Assembly: GCA_963663405.2 (NCBI GenBank)
Contig: CAXXSM010000023.1
Span: 18,417-82,416, forward strand
Origin: a bacterium
Lineage (GTDB): Bacteria > Hinthialibacterota > Hinthialibacteria > Hinthialibacterales > Hinthialibacteraceae
Length of the DNA stretch: 64,000 nt
Direction: 5' to 3'
Under the pieces are notes generated by a model, which saw only the letters and a list, made by a program, of their open reading frames with translations, was not told the DNA's origin and searched no databases. The first letter of the stretch is position 1. The number at the start of each line of letters is the position of its first letter. A program made the translations under genes and the position numbers. This document shows positions 40,842 to 52,155 of this stretch, in pieces.

Positions 40842-42658
40842 ATGATAGTGAAGCAGCGTATGACATTTCTCTCTTTTCTTTTTATTTTCTTTTTAAGTTT
40901 TTCTTTTCTGTTATTTGATATTTCTCCCGGCATTGGCCCAATACAACCGCGGTGGGTATGGGGGTTATGGTAATAGTGGCGGGTATGGTTCCGGTGGTTA
41001 TGGTTCCGGTGGTTATGGTTCCCGTGGCGGGTATGGTTCCGGTGGCGGGTATGGTTCCCGTGGCGGGTATGGTTCCGGTGGCGGGGATGGTTCCAGTGGC
41101 GGGTATGGTTCCAGTGGTTATGGAAGTGGTGGTTATGGGAGCGGTGGGGGCCGGCGGAGCAGCCGGCGGAGCAGCAGTCGTTCGGGGGGGTATGGGAATA
41201 CCGGCGCATATAATCCCCTATGGGAATCAAGGCGCGCAGGCAGACCACACCAACGGGCACATCCTCCAATCAACGAAGATCTTTGTCTGGAAATACCACA
41301 CGGGGCGCATTGGCTCCGACGAGCAGCGCGGGCGCGGCGGCCCAAGGCGGTCTCTCTGTCCAAGGCGCATCGGGCGCCACTAACGCCGCGCGGCGCGCCG
41401 TAGGGGGAAACCAGCGCACTGCGCCTGTGCGGAAAACCGCAACAAGCGCCGGAAGTGCGAATTCGTAAATCAGCTGTTATGCGGCTGCAGACCGCTAATA
41501 CTCTCGCTGTAGTCAATGAACCGTTTGTGGTCGACGTGATTCTCTCTTCGCCCAAGGGATTGGGATTCGATCAAATTGGATTCGCTTTGCAATACAATCC
41601 TGTGGATATCATGCCGGTGGAAGGACAGGACGCGGAAGGCCGATGGATTCCGGCGTCTGTTCTGACGATTCGGGAAGAAGCGGGAACCGCGGAAACGAAA
41701 GCGGGGGAGAAAGAGAAGGAATCTCCTTATCTCTTTGATAAAAAAGCGTCGAACTATACAATCCAAACGAATCAAATCGATTCCGCGAATGGATTTTTCT
41801 ATTTATCCGCCAAAGTCAAGAATGAGACCAGCGTCGATTCCGGACTTATCGCGCGGATCAACTTTGTCCCTCTCAAAGAAACAAAGAAATCGAGCATTCA
41901 GTTTGTATTTGAGGATGTGACGGCGGATAAGGAGAGTAAACCGCCGTTGCTCACGTATCTTGTCGCGGAGAAGGTCGATCAACTGGGATCAAAGTTTAAT
42001 CCGAAGGATGGTGTGATCAATCTCGATCTGCAAATCTTCAACACACGTGAAGAAGTCCCCGATCGCGCTGAGATTATCAAAGCGAATGAGAAATATAAGG
42101 ATGAAGGCGACGATTCTACGTTCAATACCCGTCTTTATTTGATTCCCCGGAGTAAACAGGTCGATATGGGTGATTTTTTAGATGTCGACGTTTATCTCGA
42201 TAATCCCGACCGGGAATTGATTGATTCGGTGAGTCTACTGATCGCTTACAATACGAATGTGCTTGAAGCGGTGGATTTGGATGAACGGATGGCGGGGATC
42301 AATATAAACGATGAAAATTATCTTCGTGATTTCCCCTTGGATTTTAGTATCTTAAACTCGGTTGACATTCAGAAAGGGATTATCGATTACCGTAAACGAG
42401 GGTATCGAGTGCCTGCGCGGGGTGATGGGGTATTTGCGACGATCCGGTTTAAGGCGCTTCGCCCCACGACAAAAACGACCTTCCGGGTTTTGTATAATGA
42501 AACCGGGGGAAGATCCCACGACAGGCGTGTTTTACCGGTCTCAAGACCGTCTGGGCGCCGCGGATGATCCATTTGACGGGCGGATGACCGCATCTGTCCA
42601 AATCCGGGCGACCGCCGCTTATTTAAAACGGATTGAAAGTCAAGGAGAACGGGGATAA
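40842..42658 (+). CDS. exported protein with a GYG-rich low-complexity region and two cohesin-like domains (about 5 frameshifts)
   Basis: ATG at 40842 after GAGGTG, signal peptide, GGYGS repeats, then FVVDVIL...FALQYNP and DVDVYLD...IAYNTNVLE...FATIRFKAL. Reconstructed across frames. Confidence 0.6.
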
Positions 42659-42751
42659 CGGTGTTTATCCCTTCCCTGAACGGGTGAGTGTTGATACAAT
42701 CGTCTGGTTTGGACAATCAGCGAATAAAATAGAATTAAAGGGAACGGTTGC

Positions 42752-44892
42752 ATGGCTAAGATTCCCCCAACTCGTAATTGACATTGGGCAAGATCGAATC
42801 AAAATCCTTCAAGTCCCGCTCTTCGAAAAAGGGCGTACAAATCGTGAAGGCGGGCAGTAAAACCGATACTGCTTCCTCCCAATGCGGAAGCGGATGTGAT
42901 TCAGAAGCACATACAAGAGACGCTTCCGATTCTCTTGCAGGAGTTGAGTATCAAAGAGAATCGGGCGATTGTGACATTGCCAGGGGCGCGCGGCGTTTAC
43001 CCGCCGTTTAAAAATACCTGTTGTCCGCGGCGGTCAATTAGAACGCATTGTCAAGTATGAAGCCCGTCAGCATATTCCATTTCCTCTCGATCAAGTCAAT
43101 ATGGACTATAAAGTCTTTACTCCGGCGGGGGATGGCGGGCAAGCCGATCAGTCGGAATTGGAAGTCCAGCTTGTGGCGGTCCGTAAAGAAGTGGCGGATA
43201 CGTACGCCGCGATTTTGAAGAAATGCAAAATCCGCGCGGATATCATCGAAGCCGCTCCGATCTCCATTTACAACGCATACGCCGGCTCACTCAAGCGTGA
43301 TCCGGAGGAAGTGACGGCGCTCATTTCCATCGGCGCGTCGGGCACGGACATTGTGGTCGAGCAAAATGGCTCGATGCAATTCATGCGGAACGCTCCCGAG
43401 GCCGGGTCTTCGTTGACGACGGCTCTTGCAAAAAACTTAGAAATTCCATTTGATAAGGCGGAAGAGCTGAAGACCAAACCCGCGCCGGACTATTCCCAGG
43501 AAGAGGGGGAAGGCGGTTCCATTACAGCGGATAAAGTTTCTGCGATTTTGGAAAAAGGTTTCGAGCGGATCGCAACAGAAATCCGCCGGTCGTTTGACTT
43601 CTATGTTTCGCAATCGGACGCGATGCCGGTGACCCGTGTCTTTCTCTCCGGTGGAAGTTCGAAGATGGAGGGGGTCACGGACTTCTTGAGTGAGCGTCTT
43701 GGCGTTCCCGTGGAACTGTTTGGACGCGAGTGATGTCGAATGCGTCGAAATCCCGGCGGAATATGAAGAGAGCCTCCGGGGGGAAGCTTCATTAATCGGG
43801 ATGGCGATACGCGCGGCGGGTCAGGCGGTTTGCGCGCTCAGTTTTTCACCGGAATCGACGAAGATGCGGCTGGAACTGGAACGCCGGTCGCCGATGCTGG
43901 GTCTGATGGCGGTTTTGTTGGTGGCGATCTGTGGTCTTTCGATCTACTGCCTGCAGTTATTGGTGGAATCGCATCGGAGCGCGGTCGCGCAGGTGAATGA
44001 GATCATTTCACCCCGGTGTGGACGCCGCGCCCGAATTGACCCGTGTCCGTGGGGGAGCAGAAGGAATACGACGAGCGGATCGAACGGATTCAAAAAGTCG
44101 CGGAAAAGCGTGGTGGATTGACTCGTGTTTTCCTGGAAATCCAACGGTTGGTGCCCCAGGATATTTGGCTGGAAAATATTGCGATGACCAGCAAGAGCAT
44201 GACCATTAAAGGGCGGGCGCTGAATGACGAGAAAATATCGACGTATCTGCAGAACCTTTCCATGTCCCCCTTCTTTGAAATCAACGCGGTTGTGGCGACG
44301 GATGTGAGTGTGGCGGCGGGGACGACGGGAAGCGGGCAGTCGCAGATGGACTTCACGATCGAGATTCTTCAATTTAACGATCCCACGGAACAGGAAGTAA
44401 AATTTGTTGAAGAATTCCGGAAAGAGACCCAGGATCAGGATATTTCTGTTCTTCTCGTCCGTTTCGACCGGGCAGGGATCTATGGATCCTGATGCGCCGG
44501 CGAAGCTCATCGTCGGTCTGTACAGGCCGGAAGATGACAATGAAAAAATACTCATGCTCAATAAAATATTCACCGCTGTGAAAAAGGCGGAGGATGAAAC
44601 GATCCAGAAAGTGGAATTGCGTTTTCACGATCGGGAAAGCAATGAAGTGGAACGCAACGTCGTAACGAAAGAACTCTATACGCGGTATAATGACCGGCAG
44701 CTTGACAAACCGGGTTTCATCCAGGAATTTGAAATCCAGACACCGCCTCCAAGCCCCACACCTTCGCATACGCCCACGCCGGAATTGGAAGAGGGTGAGA
44801 GCAGAGGCATGGGGATGTACGGCATGGGGATGTATGGCATGGGGATGTACGGCATGGGCATGGGTGGGATGATGGCCCCCGGTGGTGGATGA
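42752..44892 (+). CDS. pilM: type IV pilus PilM-PilN fusion protein (multiple frameshifts)
   Basis: VIDIG, QHIPFPLD, LVAVRKE, EIRRSFDFY, FLSGGSSK and IGMAIR run directly into a TM segment and the PilN motifs VPQDIWL, IKGRA, SPFF; ends in GMGMY repeats. Confidence 0.7.
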
Positions 44893-44905
44893 TCGTAGTA
44901 ACCGT

Positions 44906-44990
44906 CAAGATTGTGAACACAGCAGCAAATGAAAATGAGTCGCGTGAGGAATTTAGAGCGAGTAAGCCTCTAAAACTCAATTTCATATAA
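44906..44990 (+). repeat. ~90-bp fixed-spacing element, copy C
   Basis: Arms 44929-44940 and 44975-44986 enclose 34 bp. Confidence 0.8.
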
Positions 44991-45062
44991 TTGAATGTGA
45001 AATGCCGCTCGTGATTGGAATGATAAACCGCGCGCAAACTGAACAACAGAGGGAGTATTACG

Positions 45063-46637
45063 TTGGCTCTTTCCATAGACAAAGAAGCGTTACTCGAATT
45101 TTTAGGTAAAAATAAAGATCCCCTTTTTGTATCGATTCTGGCATTGATTCTTGTTGTGGGAGGCTGGTTTCTCTATCAGCAGAGTTCCCAAACCGCAGGG
45201 CAGATCATCGATCCACTGCTCAAACAGGATGATCGGTCAGGACGGACAGGCGGCGCCGGTGGGACGGCGCAGGCGAAAGTGACTGCGGAGCAAGTCGTTG
45301 GGATGCTGCTGGACAAGCGGAATCAAGAAGTGTATTCGTCGCAGCGGAACCCATTTGGCTCACCAGAAGATCAGCTCCGCATGCGTCAGGAAGTCCAGTC
45401 CGTCTATGATCGCGCTGTAAACTATTTTAAAAATAAAGACTACGAGGCTGCGCTTACAGAATTCGATAAAGTGATCGCGCTTGATGTCACTGAGACTCGG
45501 ATCCCCTATCCCGTCACTCCCTCTGAGTACAAACTCCTCGTCACGCAACAGAATTTGAAGGAGAATTTGGATAAAATTCTCCAGAATGCGCAGACCGATA
45601 TCGCGGAAGGTGACCGCCTGGCCCAATCGGGGAACGCCAAAGGGGCGATGGAAGTGTATGAGCGCGCCAATGATAATCTGATGACCGCGATCAATTCCGA
45701 TCCGGATGGGAAAGTAGTGGGCGAGGAGAGTATCAATAAAGTCAAACAAATTCAGCAGACTGCGTTTCAGAAATATGTGACGATTCGCGGGCAATCCTTG
45801 AAACAAGAATACAATTTGGCGATCAATCAATCCCAACAGATTTTGGGAGGATCGGATTATATAGAGATGCTGCGCGTTCTGAACAGTCTCGTATTGATCC
45901 AGAGCGCCATTAATTCTGTTGATCCAAACGCGCAGATTATTGCCCGCGAAGAACGAACTCGTTTGGGCCGGTCAGCAGATGAGATGGTTAAAAAACTGCA
46001 GGATAATTTTACATCTTTGACCGATCAGGCGAAGCGGCAGTTCGAACAGGCGTTGTCAGAGAACGATCCTCAAAAGACAAAAGAGGCAATTACGGTATTG
46101 CGGAGCGCAGCGTCGTTTAATCTGAAAAATGACGCCGCCGCGAAAACATTGAAAGAGACGATTTCCTCGTTCGTCAACCGCCGTGCGCAGCTCGTAATTA
46201 AATTGAGCAACGCGTTTGCCGCGGAACAAGAGACTCTTTTGAATGAAGGCAATTATGAACAATTCAAAGAGCAGGCTAAAAACCAATATGTCGCGGAATT
46301 GAAGAACTTGAAAGAAGCCGGCGCGGCGCTCGATCTAACCACGAGGAAAGATCTTGACGACGCGTTAGTTAAAGTCAACGGATTGAAACTGCCTCCACCG
46401 GTCACGGATAGCTATTTCGTCAAGAATGTGACCCGTTCCTCCGGCAATAATTATAAATTTGAAGTGACAGATAAAACGGGGACGAGTCCGAAACCGCGGA
46501 TCTTCCGGCTAAAAGAAGGCGCCCGGGACCGGACAACTGGAATAACTCTTAAACAAGTTGACACAGACCAGGGCTTTGTTATACTTTCCAAACCTAAGTA
46601 CCTCGATGCAAAAGTGAACATTACTTCTTCGAATTAG
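45063..46637 (+). CDS. membrane-anchored TPR protein in the PilO/PilP position
   Basis: TTG start after GAGGGAG; single TM; RNPF motif; TPR AVNYFKNKDYEAALTEFDKVIALD; beta-rich C-terminus. Confidence 0.7.
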   Translation: MALSIDKEALLEFLGKNKDPLFVSILALILVVGGWFLYQQSSQTAGQIIDPLLKQDDRSGRTGGAGGTAQAKVTAEQVVGMLLDKRNQEVYSSQRNPFGSPEDQLRMRQEVQSVYDRAVNYFKNKDYEAALTEFDKVIALDVTETRIPYPVTPSEYKLLVTQQNLKENLDKILQNAQTDIAEGDRLAQSGNAKGAMEVYERANDNLMTAINSDPDGKVVGEESINKVKQIQQTAFQKYVTIRGQSLKQEYNLAINQSQQILGGSDYIEMLRVLNSLVLIQSAINSVDPNAQIIAREERTRLGRSADEMVKKLQDNFTSLTDQAKRQFEQALSENDPQKTKEAITVLRSAASFNLKNDAAAKTLKETISSFVNRRAQLVIKLSNAFAAEQETLLNEGNYEQFKEQAKNQYVAELKNLKEAGAALDLTTRKDLDDALVKVNGLKLPPPVTDSYFVKNVTRSSGNNYKFEVTDKTGTSPKPRIFRLKEGARDRTTGITLKQVDTDQGFVILSKPKYLDAKVNITSSN

Positions 46638-46875
46638 AACGGAACGGAGCAAGTTGTTACAGTCAATATTTAAATGACTTTATCTGAGAGCATAGAGGGG
46701 ATGGGTATGGATACAAAGGGCGCGCGCGCCGAGTAGGGTAATTGCCGCGTCCGTTGTGTCGAATGCAATTGTAACAAAAGAGTTCCTCATATTTTTGCAT
46801 GAGATGGAAAAAAGAGTAGCCGCGTCAATTGCCTGAAAGGGCCTTTATGTGGTAATATTCTTTTGTGTATAAACG

Positions 46876-46955
46876 ATCATGATGCGCAAATGAAAATGAG
46901 TTATGAGAGTAATCGCGTACGAGTAAGTTGTAGAAACTCATTTTCATATAAATAG
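46876..46955 (+). repeat. fixed-spacing element, copy D
   Basis: Perfect arms ATGAAAATGAGT 46890-46901 and ACTCATTTTCAT 46936-46947 enclose 34 bp. Confidence 0.85.
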
Positions 46956-47120
46956 GATTCAGCGCAATCGAAAAAAAACGATTGGCATTCCGTAAGCGTC
47001 CTTGTTCATTTGCCTAAACAAGCAAAAAAGCCGGACCAATGGGCTTAGTTAGGAAAACGGATGCGTCAGTGCGGATGTAACGTTTGAATCACGTCTTAGC
47101 CAATAATACGCATAGAAGCG

Positions 47121-47302
47121 ATCATGATTGAGATCACAACTGCAAATGAAAATGAGTTGTGGGAGTACTCGCGAATGAGAAAATCCTCTAAACTCATTTT
47201 TATATAAACTAGCATGATTGAGATCACAACCTGCAAATGAAAATGAGTCGTGGAAGAGATTGCGGAGAAGTATAGTTAACTAGACTCATTTTCAATAAAA
47301 AG
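47121..47302 (+). repeat. fixed-spacing element, tandem copies E and F
   Basis: E arms 47146-47157 and 47192-47203 (34 bp); F arms 47237-47248 and 47284-47295 (35 bp); head-to-tail. Confidence 0.9.
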
Positions 47303-47583
47303 GGACTAGGACACTTTCGTGGGGAGCCGCTCTTTTGATTGTTTTGGTTCCTATGAAAGCCATCCGCGAGGCGCATTCGCAGGTGGGCGTTGAAAGAATG
47401 TTGTGAACCATGCGAAACGTTCAAATCATTTCCGGCTTCTCTCGGCGGCGCCGTTCGCCGATTATGTATAAATAAAAGTGAGCACGTACGGATCGGTAAA
47501 TGGATCCGGGCGGGTTTACTTTGTGCGATGGAGCGTTATCACACCCGGCATAGTTCGGATAAAAAAACTAAGGAGTAATATAG

Positions 47584-50500
47584 ATGTTTTGTGCCCGACG
47601 AAGGATTCAACAGGATCTCCCCAAAACGATACAGAACACCCTGCGGACTCTCTGCGCAAGTTTTTTAGTTCTTGCAGGATGCCTGACGGCTCACGCTGGC
47701 TCGGTTTGGACTGGTGTCACTCCGTTGACCGCTTTCCAAGCGGCGGAAAAGGAAACGAAAACGGTCAAGAATCAGTGCCGCCATTTCTACAACTTGGGCC
47801 GCAAGGAAGCCAAAGCCGGCAATTACGAAAAAGCAAGAACGTATTTTCAACAGGTTCTGACGCTCGATCCTCAGCATCGCGGCGCGAAAAAAGAGATGCA
47901 GAAGTTGACCGAAGCCGGGATCTCCCTCGCTTCAGACGCCGCGGCGAATCCTGTGCTCACTTACAGCGATCTGACATCGGCGGAGCTTCTCGATACCGCC
48001 AAGGTTATGATGAAAGACGGTGATTATGAGACGGCGCAGACCGTGCTCGAGCAGGCGTTGGAGAAATCGAACGACGACAAAGAGCAACGCCAGATCCGCA
48101 GTTATCTCAGCGCTATGGGAAAAAAGCGGGGAACAGATAGAGCAGGTGCGGGAATCGGTTGTGAATTATAATCTTTCCGAACTTGAGAGACATCTGAAAA
48201 AAGGCATGGTTTACATGCAAAGCGAGCAGTTTGATAAAGCCGCCGTTGAATTTCAACGCGCGAAGATGATCGATCCAAACGATACTCGGGCGGATAAGCT
48301 TCTCGCGCAAGTCGAAAAAGCGCAAGGCGTCGTCGAACAGCAGACGATCGCGATGACGCAGCAGGCGGATGCGGCGAGAGTACAAGAATTAAGCGCCATC
48401 GCGGATGTTCTTTTTAAAGAAGGTCAGGATTTATACCGCGCCGGACAGATTATCGAAGCGGTGGCGAAATGGAATGAAGCCGTAGAGATTTGTCCCACCC
48501 ATCAAGCAAGTCAGACGTATTTGACAAACACGTTAGTGGAATACAAACAAGCGGTGAAGGCGAAAGAAGCGGCGGATAAAATGGCCGCTCAGGAAGCCAA
48601 ATATGAAGTGATGCTGGATACGGTGATTCCTCAGTACTCCACCTCCGGCCAATTGATCGATATTAAAGATGTTTTGAGCACGCTCAGCGCGTTTACCCAG
48701 CTTAATTTGGCGATGGACCAGAATTTGAAGGGGAACGTGGCGCTTGACGTGAAGAATAAACCTCTCCGGGATATCCTTAACATTGTCCAAAAACAATACG
48801 GTTATATTTGGTCGCGTGAAGGGGATACACTCTATGTCGAACCCGGTTTTGAATCCCGTGTGTTCCCATTGTCAGACGATCAGTACAAAACCATCGAATT
48901 GATTCTCAGCGATCCTTCATCACTCGAAGATTCCAGCCGAAACCTGAAGTCCATCCTTTATGGGCCGGAAGAAGAATTCAATGTTCCCGGCAAACAACTC
49001 TATCTCAACCTTCGCGCGCGGGCGTTGATGGTGACCGATACCGAAGAAAATCTTCGGAAAGTTGAATCCTTTCTTAAAGAAATGCCTTTGATCGTGGCTG
49101 AAAAGAAACCGGTCTCTTTCCGTACATTTAAACTCGGAAAAGATGTCGCGGTGGATTATTATGAAATCATCAAACTGATGCTCTTCGGTGAAAAAGGCGC
49201 TTATGACGTGTCGGATGAACGGCGTCAGTTGTTCCTTGAACCACGTTCTCATACCCTGCTTGTGAATGACTATCCTGAGAATATCCAAAAAGTCGAGGAC
49301 TTTCTAAATAACCAGTTGATCAACCGCAGTATTGAAGATGGGGATTTGATGGCCAAGGAATTCCAGATTTCCGACGTGGACGATGTTGAGGACACACCGG
49401 AAGCGGCGCTTCGCCGGGCGGAATTCATCACCAACGTCGCGCAGGTCATTGAGGATATGCTTTATGGACGGATTGGACGGGATGAGGCCGCTTTGCAAGG
49501 CCGGAAGATCTACACCAATCCCGATCGCGGCACAATCAGCATTGTTGATTCCCGCGCGAATATCCGCCGCGTTGAGGAATATCTTAACAGCATCAAGGGA
49601 GAGACCACGCAGGATATTCTGATTGAGTCGTTTCCGATTGAACACGTCAATGTGTATGATATCTCTGACGCGCTGGGGTATCTCTTCTTCGATTCACAGC
49701 AATCCACACGGAACCAGTTCCTGAGTGAAACTTCCTTCCAATCGATTGGAACGGATGAAACCGGTGGTTCGCAGGATATCAGTAACATCTTTGAACAAAC
49801 CTCCCGTGACCGGTTCAACCTGACCGGTGGCGGCGGCGGTGGAACCGACTTGCTGCAGTTCTTCTCGATCCGTTTCTTCCCGGATACCAACACCAACTCG
49901 CTGGTTATCTTTACGCCGGATGAAGAAGTGCTTTCACTCGTGTCGAAGGTCATCACGACGTTTGATAAACCGCAGAGAATGGTTGAATTGGAGCAGCGTA
50001 TCGTATCGGTATCCTTGACGGATATGCGGACCATCAACTTTGATTACATTCTCAGTAATCCGTTGATCGCCGATGAGATGGAATTGGACCGTCATTCCAG
50101 CACTTCGGATATGAGTTTAATTCAAGCCGGTGTGACGGAAACGACCGTCGAACCGGGTTTCCAATTCAACTTGCATACGGTCGGCGCGTCCCGTCTCGAT
50201 TTTATTATGAGCCTGTTGGAAAACACGGATAGTTACAATATTCTCAATCAGGCGAAAGTGATCGGGATTCCCGGCACGTTTGTCACGCCTCTTATGTTTG
50301 TCGGTCAGCAGATTCCATACGCCGATTCTGTTGATTTTGAGGATCAGGGGGACGATGATCCGACGAACAACCGGATGACCGCCGACTTCCAACGCGCGTT
50401 CGCGGGGACTACACTCGCCTTCCTCGCCTTTATTTTGAATGACGATCACGTTTACCTTGAATTGCGTCCTGAAATTATTGAAGCCGGTGATCGTGTTCCA

Positions 50501-50782
50501 GTTTCGATCACGGGTGAAGGTGACACATCAGGCGGCATACCGGATATCGGTCCCCTTCTGTTGAACCAGAAATCCATTCAGACCGCTGTGCGGCTAAAGA
50601 ATGGTGGAACCGTTGTCCTTGGTGGATTTATTGATGAAAAAGAGTCGGAAGCCACGAACAAGATTCCGATCATCTCAAAAATCCCGTTCCTCGGTAATCT
50701 ATTTACGGATCGCGCGGTCAGCAAATCGAAAACATCAACCCTTTGGTTCATTACCGTGCGTATTATTGAACCTGAATATTAA
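47584..50782 (+). CDS. secretin (PilQ/GspD family) with a long N-terminal TPR region (frameshift near 48125)
   Basis: AGGAG RBS; TPR repeats; N-domains (LMVTDTEENLRKVE, LLVNDYPENIQKVE); C-terminal TAVRLKNGGTVVLGG and KIPIISKIPFLGNLF. Confidence 0.88.
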
Positions 50783-50808
50783 GCCATTTTTATGAACGTA
50801 ATGAGCAT

Positions 50809-50848
50809 CGGGCAGGAGTGAATCTATCGCTCCTGCCCGTTTGATTTT
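50809..50848 (+). terminator. intrinsic terminator after the secretin
   Basis: CGGGCAGGAG/CTCCTGCCCG stem followed by TTTGATTTT. Confidence 0.8.
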
Positions 50849-50974
50849 ATTGTTGGTATATATGAAAATGAGTCGCGGCAGGGCGTCTCACGTTTTATCG
50901 GTCCACCGGGAATGATTCAGGAAATTGCCGCTTCATTAATATGCGATCCATCCTGCATGCTATCTTACAGGTTA

Positions 50975-51033
50975 AGGCGCCCTACGCTTCGCTTAATACT
51001 CCGGCGCGAGCGCCGGTATTTAGCCCACCCTAC
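50975..51033. repeat. family 1 palindrome with a nested family 4 module
   Basis: CTACGCTTCGCT-[TAATACTCCGGCGCGAGCGCCGGTA]-TTTAGCCCACCCTAC. Confidence 0.8.
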
Positions 51034-51063
51034 AGGATTCTTAATTTCATAGATAAATAATTC

Positions 51064-51151
51064 TGATTGAGATCACAACCTGCAAATGAAAATGAGTCGC
51101 GGAAGAGTTTGCGAATGAGATAGTTCTGGAGACTCATTTTTAAATAAATAG
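51064..51151 (+). repeat. ~90-bp fixed-spacing element, copy H
   Basis: Arms 51086-51097 and 51132-51143 enclose 34 bp; a solo arm also occurs at 50862-50878. Confidence 0.85.
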
Positions 51152-52055
51152 AAAATAGAGAGTTACGATCTTTTTTATAATGCGTTTTAAGTATGGGCGT
51201 TTATCCGAGTGAGATCAATCATTCAGGTTTCATTTTCATCCCCATTGAATTCTGTAATTTTGTAAATAAAATTTAAATAAGGGGAGTATCCCGGTAAATA
51301 ATTCGGCGATATGAAAAAACGTACTTGCATTGCTTGTACGAAGACGCTACAATCATTAGAGTGTTTTGTTTCTACTGTGACTCACGTATCTTTTCACACA
51401 CCTTCGCTGGTTAAATCCACGTTTGAAAATGTATGGTTTGAGAAATTGTCTTATACGTTCATTGAATTCTATCGTACGTTGACTCCTCTTCATCTTACGC
51501 CGATCGTTTCCTTGTAATAAAAGGAGCCAGAGAAAAGCAGGCGCAACGATAAACAGCCGAATTCTCTATTGTTTACTGAGATATAGGCTTCGATAGAGTG
51601 AATGTATCGTGAAAAACAGCGATAGGTCTACTAGGAATCTAATTTCGGCGTTCTGTGACGATGAAAAGAGCGAGATTTTAAAAGCGCCGTGATTTTTTAT
51701 AAAGTCATATCCATATGGTTCATTTATTGTCTGAATCTGGATATCCAGGATTCGCAGGATATTTACCTTCTACATCAAACAAACCTAATCGAGCAGCCTT
51801 TGCGGCTTCCCGGTTTCTCATGGGCGTAATCGGAACGCTGAATTTGCAGAATGGCTTTGGAAGAATTTAAATCATTTTTGTATGCGAAAACCTCATTTAT
51901 TAAATCAACGTGTAAAAACTGGGTAACTCGTTTCGTCAGTATGGGCGGATTGGTTACTGTAAATTTGTGTTCCAATCATTTTTGTGAACAATCGTAATTT
52001 AAGATCGAAATGAATCGATGAAAATAAGTTGTGGGTTATTATATGACTGCGTTAA

Positions 52056-52088
52056 GGTGGGCTACGCTGCGCTTTTAGCCCACCCTAC
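52056..52088. repeat. family 1 palindrome
   Basis: GGTGGGCTACGCTGCGCTTTTAGCCCACCCTAC. Confidence 0.85.
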
Positions 52089-52155
52089 AGACTACATGAG
52101 ATATATGAAATCGGTGGGTTATTAAAAAGCGGCCCATCCTGCTAGGCGTCAAAAT

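Noticed and set aside
40952-41383. VPVAGM-repeat ORF as the real protein
   Set aside because: An alternative frame of the GGYGS repeat; the GYG frame follows the signal-peptidase-like ALAQ site more plausibly.
47121-47302. Tandem copies E and F as a mini CRISPR or guide array with 34-35 bp spacers
   Set aside because: The interiors are homologous to each other (shared GAG, GCG and GAG blocks), the flanks are inverted arms, only two units are adjacent, and no cas genes are present.
51160-52050. Gene or RNA in the long interval before polA
   Set aside because: Only short unsupported ORFs and repeat fragments; no tRNA or known ncRNA signature seen.
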